A DNA stretch of 64,000 nt from contig JANQNL010000003.1 of NCBI GenBank assembly GCA_028279585.1, positions 1,327-65,326 of the forward strand, given 5' to 3'. The notes under the pieces are model-generated. The model had not been told where the DNA came from and made no database searches. It saw only the letters and a program-made list of their open reading frames with translations. Of this stretch, positions 40,601-48,586 are shown in pieces. Numbering within the stretch: position 1 is the stretch's first letter; every line of letters begins with the position of its first letter. The stretch comes from Thermoplasmatota archaeon (GTDB taxonomy: Archaea; Thermoplasmatota; Penumbrarchaeia; JANQNL01). The position numbers were made by a program, and so were the translations under genes.

Positions 40601-40696
40601 CTCTTCGGCTGATGCCGTGGTCATCACACATATCATCGAGAAGATGATCATAATGACCAAGGCTGCTATTGATAAGATAGTGGTGGTCCTTTTCAT
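37655..40696 (-). CDS. Surface protein (~1013 aa). Domain order: signal peptide, FG-GAP/VCBS beta-propeller, about 5 PKD domains, TM helix, acidic tail.
   Basis: FG-GAP motifs (GDVNGDQNMDIAFGG, DLNDDGSPDIAAAG, DIDGDGDLDLIAA, DMDGDGDKDIAGA). PKD-like repeats (ANAG.DQ...LDGS.S.D.DG.I..W.W). TM then KRKKDEDGDDEE...DWDDDDDDLEFMD. ATG at 40696 with an AGGAGGTG RBS. Confidence 0.8.
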   Translation of the reverse strand: MKRTTTILSIAALVIMIIFSMICVMTTASAEELDDFGTSVSTNLPTSGAYNFITVGDVNGDQNMDIAFGGNDYGSYNTLGIEVYTGNGAGTWTSASTGLPTVDSWGGIALADADEDGNMELYGANTWYNSASGPNKGVGAWEYSGGSWSTTGITSPVTSGVANNLLVANITGGPGLDIAVCSSKQPSFGLAVYSGSGSSPISWTSFSNGLPSSGQFTGIDVIDLNDDGSPDIAAAGYYSSTGMRVYTQGASGWTDVSSTLPTAAYTGDFTGVACGDLNNDGHVDMVYCDRYDGMEVLLGNSGGAGGSSFTWTTPTSTNGGMASSGTNGMFSQIDLTDIDGDGDLDLIAAKESSGLHLYLGDGSTSPGTGFSFTEVSDKGLPTSGTYYGSQFFDMDGDGDKDIAGASWGSGIKVYETKFATGSLPVADAGDDQGIVLGNTVNLDGTASCDAEDCPSGDAVGSLLIYDWGISSQPAGSTMTDANLSPSDAAAKPSLVPTHEGTYTLTLRVQDSDLGWSSVSDTVDIVVTAANTVPTANAGSDQTVYIGASVTLNGSASTDAEDAMNALTFDWNVSASNPAAVSLSSESAMMPTFPAPDTTGTYTFSLVVKDTSNAWSVEDEVSITVEVPPNVKPTANAGPDISGYPNTKIYLDGSDSVDTDGSIVVWDWNCTSHASLAITDKDTYNPFFTPTTVGTYTFTLTVKDDRGAWALEDEVVVNIIQDNTPPTPNAGTDLQAYVNTVVYLDGANSTDPEGSIAGWEWVCTSYSLTLTNANSSAPSFTPTETGTYTFSLRVMDDLDLWSTGTETVIVIVIDRPNIKPIAAAGADVAAEVGDTVSLDGTGSSDSDGTIVSWEWNCTTHPSLSIIDEVKETASFKATEAGTYVFTLVVKDEDGAWSATDTMTVTVKAQEPVIENTTDEPNGTEDPPMDQNPPIDDGDGEQGSDPTLLYAVIGGVVAILVVCAINVVAIVLVIIMKRKKDEDGDDEEHYDDDCEENDGQNVDWDDDDDDLEFMD

Positions 40697-40867
40697 GGGG
40701 GGCACCTCCTGTTCTTATCAAGAACTACCCCCAAGGAACATATTAAGGGATTTACCAGATTGAGCCCCAATTCAGACCCAAATTCATTCTGAATTTAGGT
40801 CATCCAAAAATAAACTGAACTGATCTTTGACCCTATTCGTTTAAGTTTGGATCATACCCAAATTGGA

Positions 40868-41350
40868 CTACTCCAGGCTAAGGTAGAGCAATATGGCCAA
40901 AGCTATGCCGATACACATGTCCGATAGCATCATGAACGGGCCTAAACCCTCGAGCTTGTATCCGAAGGTCTCATGGATGACAGGATTGGCAGTGATGGCG
41001 TAGATGAACAGTGCACTCATCATGATGAGCAGTCCTAGAGTGAACTTGGACTTGACCTTTTGGTACATGTTGATATACAAGTATATCAACGGGAAGAGCA
41101 GCGCGATATTGATGAATGAGAACATGGTCTTGAGGAAATAGAACTGTCTATGACCTACAGGTCTAGCAGGTGGAGGGGGTTGACCATCCGGTGGAGGAGG
41201 TTGACCATCCGGAGGAGTTGGCTGGTCATCGGCAGATCTCTCATCTTCTGTTTCTATGACCATAGGCAGCACGCTCGTTGCTAAGGCTGCTATGATCACG
41301 CCTAATATGACAAGACCTGCGATCATCCCGATCCGGTGAAGCTCTTTCAT
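40868..41350 (-). CDS. Membrane protein with Pro-rich PPDGQPPPP repeats
   Basis: TM helix, then TPPDGQPPPPDGQPPPPARP, then 3-4 TM segments. AAGGAG RBS before the ATG at 41350. Confidence 0.5.
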   Translation of the reverse strand: MKELHRIGMIAGLVILGVIIAALATSVLPMVIETEDERSADDQPTPPDGQPPPPDGQPPPPARPVGHRQFYFLKTMFSFINIALLFPLIYLYINMYQKVKSKFTLGLLIMMSALFIYAITANPVIHETFGYKLEGLGPFMMLSDMCIGIALAILLYLSLE

Positions 41351-41379
41351 TTGTTCACACTCCTTACTACGACTTGCTA

Positions 41380-41739
41380 TTAAGTCTGATTTTTCCCAAT
41401 TTGTTCCCAAATCTCCTCGAAGACCTCGAAGTTCTCTTCTAAAAGTGGGGACACGAAATACATCTTGGCGTACTTCTTCCCAGAGGAGGTAATCATATCG
41501 TTCTCCTCTAACACGTCAAGATGATGTCTGACGGTCTTGTAGTCAAGCTCCAGCACCTCCGCTAACTGGTTAGCATTGTAAGGACGCTGGTCGAGGGTGT
41601 GGATGATCCGAGCCCTGTTGAGACCTCCGGTGCTGCCTGCTAGAAGCCACCAAAGGAGACGCTTGACCGCTCTCATTGAAGATTCATAATAAGCACTCGG
41701 ATAAAAAGGTAGAGGGTAACCTATGCAAAGTTTCGCCAA
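41380..41739 (-). CDS. Winged-helix transcriptional regulator (ArsR/PadR-like)
   Basis: RARIIHTLDQRPYNANQLAEVLELDYKTVRHHLDVLEENDMI is an HTH region. It sits immediately upstream of the Pro-rich membrane protein. Confidence 0.55.
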   Translation of the reverse strand: MAKLCIGYPLPFYPSAYYESSMRAVKRLLWWLLAGSTGGLNRARIIHTLDQRPYNANQLAEVLELDYKTVRHHLDVLEENDMITSSGKKYAKMYFVSPLLEENFEVFEEIWEQIGKNQT

Positions 41740-41860
41740 TCCCCTTCAAATGATATCGGACCCGAAAGACCTATAGCGCCTGTCCTAGTTCCATTCGTAA
41801 TACTAAATGGCAAGTTCCACGTTGCCGGTAATATTCAACATCCATATTGGAGGAGATCGA

Positions 41861-42382
41861 ATGAGCAAGACAGAAGAGAACCTGAAAGCGGCCTTCGCCG
41901 GGGAGTCCCAGGCAAGGAACAAGTACACCTACTATGCAGAAGTAGCCAGGAGCGAGGGCTACCACTACATCGCCAAGATCTTCGAGGAGACCGCAATGAA
42001 CGAGAAGCAGCACGCCAAGGACCACTTCATGAAGTTGAAGGGCCTGGGCACGACAGTTGAGAACCTTGAGGCAGCCATCAACGGCGAGCATTACGAGACC
42101 GTGGACATGTACCCACAGTTCGCCAAGGAGGCGGAGGAAGAGGGTGACATGGAGGCAGCAGCCCTGTTCCGAACCATCGGTATGGTAGAGGAGCAGCACA
42201 GGGAGAGGTACAAGAGGATCCTGGAGATGGTCAAGAACGATACCGTCTACAAGAGGGACTCACCTATCAGGTGGAAGTGCGCTGTCTGTGGTTTCATCTA
42301 CGAGGGGACCGAGCCACCACCACGCTGCCCTGCATGCAAGAACCCTCAGCAGCTCTATGAGCCTGACGGCCTCGGCCTCTGA
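41861..42382 (+). CDS. rbr: Rubrerythrin
   Basis: Ferritin-like diiron motifs EENLKAAFAGESQARNKY and EKQHAKDHF, plus a C-terminal rubredoxin-like CAVCG...CPAC. GGAGGAG RBS. Confidence 0.9.
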   Translation: MSKTEENLKAAFAGESQARNKYTYYAEVARSEGYHYIAKIFEETAMNEKQHAKDHFMKLKGLGTTVENLEAAINGEHYETVDMYPQFAKEAEEEGDMEAAALFRTIGMVEEQHRERYKRILEMVKNDTVYKRDSPIRWKCAVCGFIYEGTEPPPRCPACKNPQQLYEPDGLGL

Positions 42383-42407
42383 TCAATGGTGGGGCCATAT
42401 GGCCCCA

Positions 42408-42830
42408 TCAATTTTCATCTTTGCTACCTTTATGGGTGAGCAATTCCAGAAAGCCTTTTGCACTGACGGTCTGGATACCTGGTATCTCTGTCATCGATAA
42501 CAGATCCTCATCTCCAGTGATGATAAGTTCTGAACGACCTAGCACTCCAGTCTCAATGATATGGTTGTCCCTTGTGTCACGGGTCTTATGGTCGACATCT
42601 GTAAGAGGAATGACAAGATCTGAATGGACAAGAATTTCCATCAAGTAATCAAGAACCCTACTATCATCAAGGTCGAACTTGTTCCTGAAAACGTGATCGA
42701 CCTCGACCATGATAGTGTCTGATATGACGTTCTTAGTTGGACCAGATAGGCATGCTCTCAACACAAGTCGTTCGTTCCCGTTCCAGAAGAATGCAGAGAT
42801 CAGTATGTTCGAATCAAGGACCACTCGCAT
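42408..42830 (-). CDS. vapC: PIN-domain toxin VapC
   Basis: MRVVLDSNILISAFF...LIITGDEDLL. Confidence 0.8.
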   Translation of the reverse strand: MRVVLDSNILISAFFWNGNERLVLRACLSGPTKNVISDTIMVEVDHVFRNKFDLDDSRVLDYLMEILVHSDLVIPLTDVDHKTRDTRDNHIIETGVLGRSELIITGDEDLLSMTEIPGIQTVSAKGFLELLTHKGSKDEN

Positions 42831-42837
42831 TTACCAA

Positions 42838-43173
42838 CTAACCTCCAGACCTTTCTTCATTGATGGCCTGGATGACGTCCTTTCGGGTGATACCTTTCTC
42901 TCGGGCTACCTTCTCCCCCCACTCCAGTATTCTTTCGAAATCAGAATCCGAAGGAATGTCAAGACGTTTCAGGATTATAGTGTCGTCCTTACCATACATT
43001 GCAAACACTGCACCTTCATCAAGACCCAATGTCTCACGTAATCCTTTTGGTATCACGACCTGTCCCTTGGAGGATAATCGGGTAAGGTTCACTTCTGTCA
43101 GTTGATCACCACAATAAAAGTAAGACGGTCTTACTATATCTATCTTACTTTCAATGTCACATACTTGGACCAT
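42838..43173 (-). CDS. vapB: AbrB/SpoVT-domain antitoxin (VapB-like); start uncertain
   Basis: SSKGQVVIPKGLRETLGLDEG swapped-hairpin motif. Confidence 0.6.
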   Translation of the reverse strand: MVQVCDIESKIDIVRPSYFYCGDQLTEVNLTRLSSKGQVVIPKGLRETLGLDEGAVFAMYGKDDTIILKRLDIPSDSDFERILEWGEKVAREKGITRKDVIQAINEERSGG

Positions 43174-43223
43174 CGGACCAAAGAACTTGTCTTTTTAAAG
43201 CAAACTATTGGTTCGATCGGAAA

Positions 43224-43907
43224 TCAGTTCTTGATCTTTTCATAGCGCGCAAGGATATCCTTGTTCTCAAGGGTATCCTTGTTGTTTCCTTTCAGCCCCA
43301 CATCGACCATGCTGTGGGCTAGTTTGTCAGAATCTATACCCATACTGGGCATGATCTTCCCAAGGACCGGCCAGAGGGCCCTGGAGATCTTGTAAGAAAG
43401 GTTAGGCTCTTTCCGCGGTGTGACGGGGTGAATGTATCCAGGTCTGAAAGTGTAGACCGCTTTGAGCTTCTTATTGTTGAAAAGATAGTTCTCAGCCTTG
43501 CCCAGGGACCTGGCGAAGACCATCCTGCTCTTCTCGGTCCTGTCGGCACCTCCGCCGCTGAGGAAGCAGAACGTCAGGTCCTTGTTGTTCTTCACAACGG
43601 CCTTGGTGAAGTATCTTGGGAAGTCTGCCATAATGTGCTCTTGCTCCTTTGCCGGAATGGTCCCGGTGTAGACCCCGATGCAGTAGATGACCACATCCTG
43701 GTCTTTGAGATGCTCCGAGATATCGGAGTAGTCCTTGAAGTCCGAGTGTATGACCTCCACGAGCTTTTTATGCTTGATGCCGGTCTTTCTCCGTGTGATG
43801 ATGGTGACCTTGCCCACGTCCTTGCGCTTTAGCGCATAGCGGACTGCGAGGTTACCGGTCATACCGGTAGGGCCTGTGATTATGACGTTCTTCTTACCTT
43901 TGCTCAT
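43224..43907 (-). CDS. NAD(P)H-binding oxidoreductase/epimerase family protein
   Basis: VIITGPTGMTGNLAV Rossmann motif. Confidence 0.75.
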   Translation of the reverse strand: MSKGKKNVIITGPTGMTGNLAVRYALKRKDVGKVTIITRRKTGIKHKKLVEVIHSDFKDYSDISEHLKDQDVVIYCIGVYTGTIPAKEQEHIMADFPRYFTKAVVKNNKDLTFCFLSGGGADRTEKSRMVFARSLGKAENYLFNNKKLKAVYTFRPGYIHPVTPRKEPNLSYKISRALWPVLGKIMPSMGIDSDKLAHSMVDVGLKGNNKDTLENKDILARYEKIKN

Positions 43908-45148
43908 GGGATCAACTCCTCTCTACTTTCATCTGCAATTCGTGCATGCACCACAGGGTCGGTCATCCATGCTATGATCGCTGTAACGATCGGTAACATC
44001 ATGAGTGCTACCAGAATGGTCAGTATCATCCAGGCCTCGATGTCGAGTAGTCCAACAAAAGCGACCCCGACCGCAGCCACAAGTATTGCCAGGCCACCTA
44101 TCCTCGCCATCCTGATGTGCTCTTTGTGGTGTTTGACCGTATTGATCAGAATAGCGATAGTGATAAGGACCAGTGCCAGAGTTGTGACCATGACCAGCCT
44201 GGTCACAGCAGGTAGGTTCTCCCCCGTGTGTTCGATGACATTGACGAGGGTTGCACCAACGGCCGCAATACCCAGCGTCAAAGGTAGATGTAGATAGAAC
44301 CAGGGAATGAAGTAGGCAATATTGCGCTTTGGTATCTTGCTCGAAACACTATCGAAATATAACCACCAAGCAGCAATGGCCATTATCGTTCCTAGAACTG
44401 ATACACCCCCGAGCGTCCAACTCAGATGATGATGTGTGGACACTCCGACGACCACGGCAACTACGACCTCCCCCAGAACGATGATCGTGAACAATCCGAA
44501 CCTTTCTACGAGTGAATGGGTCGCCTGGGAAGTTATCTCCATCTGTTCCCTTGCTCCCTGATGGAACTTCCCAAGGATGAACAGGAACCCAGGCAGTATC
44601 AATGAAAGGACCAGGGCGATACCCCAGAGATAGAACCTAATCGGTGTCGGCACGAACACCGACACCACGAACAGTATCGTGTTCAGTAGGAACACAGCAG
44701 AGTATGGCATAGATAGCGGCCGATGGTCCTTATCATGCATGCCCGTCCTCCACCAGAGGTATGTGAGGATAAGCTGGAAAGCAGCATACGAGAGGGCGAA
44801 CCCAATAGAACCATCCTCCATCGCATCGTGGGCGAACACAGCCATAGCCGCTACCGTGATCATTTGCAGGAACGTGAAGATCCGTGTTCGTATGTCGTCA
44901 TTTCCATGACTGTCATGGTAGAGCGATCCGTTGATCCATGCCCACCAGACTATGACGAAAAGAAAAGCGAACTTGCCCAGGGATTCCCAGCTCATATGGG
45001 TTGCTAGGTGGTGGGCAAGCTCTGCGATGATGACAACGTAGACCAGATCGTAGAACAGCTCCAGGAATGTCACCCTTCTGTGTGAGAGGCGAATGCCGGC
45101 ACGGCGGGGTATCTTCCACCAGGAGCGGAACGGTACGAGCGTAGCCAT
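43904..45148 (-). CDS. LtrA-like (low temperature requirement A) polytopic membrane protein
   Basis: FLELFYDLVYVVIIAELAHHL and about 10 TM segments. Confidence 0.6.
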   Translation of the reverse strand: MATLVPFRSWWKIPRRAGIRLSHRRVTFLELFYDLVYVVIIAELAHHLATHMSWESLGKFAFLFVIVWWAWINGSLYHDSHGNDDIRTRIFTFLQMITVAAMAVFAHDAMEDGSIGFALSYAAFQLILTYLWWRTGMHDKDHRPLSMPYSAVFLLNTILFVVSVFVPTPIRFYLWGIALVLSLILPGFLFILGKFHQGAREQMEITSQATHSLVERFGLFTIIVLGEVVVAVVVGVSTHHHLSWTLGGVSVLGTIMAIAAWWLYFDSVSSKIPKRNIAYFIPWFYLHLPLTLGIAAVGATLVNVIEHTGENLPAVTRLVMVTTLALVLITIAILINTVKHHKEHIRMARIGGLAILVAAVGVAFVGLLDIEAWMILTILVALMMLPIVTAIIAWMTDPVVHARIADESREELIP

Positions 45149-45191
45149 GTTATCATCTTCTTTCGGACCTTAGAAAGGACCCGTGCTATAT

Positions 45192-46793
45192 CTAGAAATC
45201 CTTGTGTCTCAACTTTCCTGTCAATACAGAGGCTGTCAATGACGCAAGCTTTCTCCAAGTTGGATCAACAGCATATTGTGCCATATGCACACCCATGTTG
45301 TTGAAGGCTCCCTTGTTCGTATTTATCATATGTCCCGGTGACATGAAGTGGCTGTATGCAATGGACTTTTCTACGTTTTGGAAGTTCATTGCATTGCCGA
45401 AGTTGCCAAATCCTGAAACGAACCTCTTTCCTTCTTCGTTCCCACCCCATGTCAGGTACGGGTTCATCCAGATCATCGGTGGCATGGTGTTGACACCGAT
45501 ACCGCCGTACTCCATGTCTGTAACGGCTTGTTCGAGGACCTCCCTATGGACCTTCATGGTGTGGTCATCGATGAGGATCGCACTTCCAAGGGTCCCTAGA
45601 AGCTTGGTATTGCAGAACTCTACAGCCTTCGGAAGGAAGGATTCCGCATCCTCTGGTGTATCAAGCTCTACGACGCTCATGATCTGACAGAAGGCCTCGT
45701 TCTTTACAGCGAAGCTATCCTCACTAACGTTCTCGATGAGGATGAAATCGGAGCTCTTGCGCTTTCCTCCTTCTGGCTTGATGACCTCAGCCTCTGGATG
45801 GGCCTCCAAGAACCTCTCGATGACCTCTGCGGTTCCTGGATAATAGCTTCCGGCAGCTGGTGTTTCTATCTCTATCGCTAGTCGGAGCTCCTTGAGGAAC
45901 TCAGCCTTTTGAGACCAGTTCTTTGAGATGACTATCGTCTGGATCCTGCCACATACGGCACCACCGTTCATCTTCGAGATGGTGGCTATCTGTTCGGTCT
46001 GATGTATCATCTGCTTTCGGGTCCATGGTTTCAAACCTGGAACTACGATACAAGGATTGTTGCCACCACACTCCGATATGAACTCTGTCTCTGTGGTGGA
46101 CATGATCTTCTCAGCAACGTCGGTGCTGCCAGTGAAATATATCATCTTCAGCCGTGGGTCTTTTACAAGCTCCCTTCCTCCATGCGAATCGCAAAAGCTC
46201 AATGCGCCGTACTCCACAAGAGGCTGCATGATCTTTGCCCAGATCTTGTCGGTCTCCTCATTGTTATGATGGGGCCTATGGACGACCGCACAGTTCTCAA
46301 GGAACAGAGCATTGATCATCTCGATAGAGGAACTATAATTTCCTGCTCCGAGGATAGCAATGATGCCTCCCTCCTGGTCCACGGGATTGATCTGTTTCGG
46401 CTCTCCCTTCACCCTGATGTAATCCTTCCTGTCGTTGTAGAGGACCTTGTCCTTCTGGTGAATAGGGAACACCTCGATGTCATAGAGGCCATCCTTGACC
46501 TTCTTGATCTCAAGTGGTTGTGGCATCTTGCCATCGATGATGGCTTCATAGACATCGACACAGGCCGATAACGTGCTTCCTACCGGGTAGGCTGTGGCTA
46601 TCATGCTCTCCTGAACACTGAAGATATCCTCACCAATGAGGCCGTTCTTCATCTTGGCATCAACTACACCAAGATCGTCCATATGCTCCTCGAGGTTCTT
46701 TCGGACCTTGATGAGCAGCTCTAACTTCTTCTCTGGTGGAGTATCCCTCCACTTTTCAGGTTGTAAACTATCAACTGCTTCCTTTGGTTCCAT
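45192..46793 (-). CDS. Aldehyde dehydrogenase superfamily protein (acyl-CoA/aldehyde reductase-like)
   Basis: SECGGNNPCIVVPG resembles the ELGGKSP Glu motif. NGGAVCGRI about 40 residues later resembles the catalytic-Cys motif. GGGAGGG RBS. Confidence 0.55.
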   Translation of the reverse strand: MEPKEAVDSLQPEKWRDTPPEKKLELLIKVRKNLEEHMDDLGVVDAKMKNGLIGEDIFSVQESMIATAYPVGSTLSACVDVYEAIIDGKMPQPLEIKKVKDGLYDIEVFPIHQKDKVLYNDRKDYIRVKGEPKQINPVDQEGGIIAILGAGNYSSSIEMINALFLENCAVVHRPHHNNEETDKIWAKIMQPLVEYGALSFCDSHGGRELVKDPRLKMIYFTGSTDVAEKIMSTTETEFISECGGNNPCIVVPGLKPWTRKQMIHQTEQIATISKMNGGAVCGRIQTIVISKNWSQKAEFLKELRLAIEIETPAAGSYYPGTAEVIERFLEAHPEAEVIKPEGGKRKSSDFILIENVSEDSFAVKNEAFCQIMSVVELDTPEDAESFLPKAVEFCNTKLLGTLGSAILIDDHTMKVHREVLEQAVTDMEYGGIGVNTMPPMIWMNPYLTWGGNEEGKRFVSGFGNFGNAMNFQNVEKSIAYSHFMSPGHMINTNKGAFNNMGVHMAQYAVDPTWRKLASLTASVLTGKLRHKDF

Positions 46794-46813
46794 GTTATCC
46801 CTCCCTAAGTTAC

Positions 46814-47634
46814 TCAGCCACCCATGCTGCGTATCATCTTATCGAACATCCTATCAGGTAGGACCTTTCTCATGAATATCGAAGGAGCGCTCATGTAGCC
46901 TACTGCATACCTGGTCTTGGGCCTTTTTGCAGTGATAGCCTTTAGGATCGCATTTGCAATGACAGCTGGTGGGGATAGCTTATCCCCTCCATACATCTCC
47001 TTCATCATCTTGGCGTTCTCTTTCGCCTGTTTCTTGTAGGCTCCAGATCCAGAGGTCTTCAGCAGGTTGTCTGCAGCGATGGCTCCCCAGTCGGTCTTTA
47101 TACCACCTGGTTCGATGACAACCACATCTATCCCGAACTCCTCTGTCTCTAAACGAAGGCAATCTGAGAAACCTTCCAATGCATGCTTGGTTGCGTGGTA
47201 CCATCCTCCCATCGGTGTGTATATTTTACCACCCATGGAGCTGATGTTGATTATCCTTCCATACCTCTTCTTTCGCATGTATGGTAACACTAACTGAGTG
47301 AGCCTTGCTAGACCGAAGATGTTCACCTCGAACTGTCTTCTAGCTTCATCGATGGGAACATCCTCGATGGTCCCATAGGAGCCATACCCAGCGTTGTTGA
47401 CGAGGGCATCTATCCTTCCCTGCTCTTTGATCATCTGCTTGATGCCCTTCTGCATGGACTCCTCGTCCGTGACATCCATCGCGAGAAGCTTTGCCCCTTT
47501 CTTCTTAAGGCCTTTCATCCGCTCGATCCTTCTAGCTGCTGCGTAGACTGTGTGACCGTTCTTCAAGAGCATCTTGGCCGTGGCTTCTCCAATGCCTGAT
47601 GACGCTCCCGTGATCAATACTACTTGCTTTGCCA
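46814..47634 (-). CDS. Short-chain dehydrogenase/reductase (SDR)
   Basis: VVLITGASSGIG...NNAG...YHATK. Confidence 0.85.
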
Positions 47635-47659
47635 TCTCATTCATCTCCGTTCATTTGTT

Positions 47660-48586
47660 TCATTTGAACTTGTACTTGGTTCCTGTCAGTTCCTCCGAGA
47701 TCTTCCAGAGCTTCTTCGCATCCTTTCGACTATGTGATTCCTTGATAGACTGCACAATTATCGGATATCCCCTCATTTCATTGAATCCACCAGGCCCATA
47801 ATACAGTCCACCCTTGACATTTCGATCCACTGATGCTCGGACTTCTGGTAGTGTCCCTTGAGCTGCGGATTGAGCGATAATCGATAATAGTGGTTTTGTG
47901 ATCCTGAACCATAGCTTGGTCTCAACATGTCTTGATAGGTTAGTAGCTGAACCCCCAGGGTGTGCAGCGACCGAGATGATGTCGAGGCCGTTCTTTTCGA
48001 ATCTTCTCTGGAGCTCATAAGTGAAAAGTAGGTTCGCCAGTTTTGAATTGAAATAGGCTTGTGTTGGCTTGTAACCTCCTTTTTCGAACTGGAGGTTATC
48101 AAAGTCCATGACCCCATTACGGTGCCCAAGGCTGCTGACATTTACAACCCTTGAACCCTTTGTGGCCATCAGAACATCTAACAATTGACCGGTCAGGGCA
48201 AAGTGCCCGAAGTGGTTGGTTCCCAATTGGGATTCAAATCCATCCTTAGTTCGATCATATGGACACCACATTATCCCAGCGTTATTGAGAAGAACATCAA
48301 GCCTTTCGTAGTTGTCTTTGAAATCGTTTACGAAGTTCTTGACAGAGCTCAGATCCGCCAGGTCAAGTTCCATGACATCTATCCTAGCCTTGGGAAACTC
48401 GGCTTTGATGACCCTTTTGGCCTTTCTTCCCTTTTTCATATCCCTTGCTGTCAATATCACTAGCGCCCCTTTTCTGGAAAACATCTTCACTGCTTCATAG
48501 CCAAGACCAGAGTTACCTCCAGTAACGATGATGGTTTTTCCAGTTAGGTCCTGGATATTTTCATATGTCCACTTCTTTCCACTCAC
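47660..48586 (-). CDS. SDR family oxidoreductase (retinol-dehydrogenase-like); GTG start overlapping the upstream stop
   Basis: TIIVTGGNSGLG...NNAG...YFNSK. Confidence 0.8.
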   Translation of the reverse strand: MSGKKWTYENIQDLTGKTIIVTGGNSGLGYEAVKMFSRKGALVILTARDMKKGRKAKRVIKAEFPKARIDVMELDLADLSSVKNFVNDFKDNYERLDVLLNNAGIMWCPYDRTKDGFESQLGTNHFGHFALTGQLLDVLMATKGSRVVNVSSLGHRNGVMDFDNLQFEKGGYKPTQAYFNSKLANLLFTYELQRRFEKNGLDIISVAAHPGGSATNLSRHVETKLWFRITKPLLSIIAQSAAQGTLPEVRASVDRNVKGGLYYGPGGFNEMRGYPIIVQSIKESHSRKDAKKLWKISEELTGTKYKFK

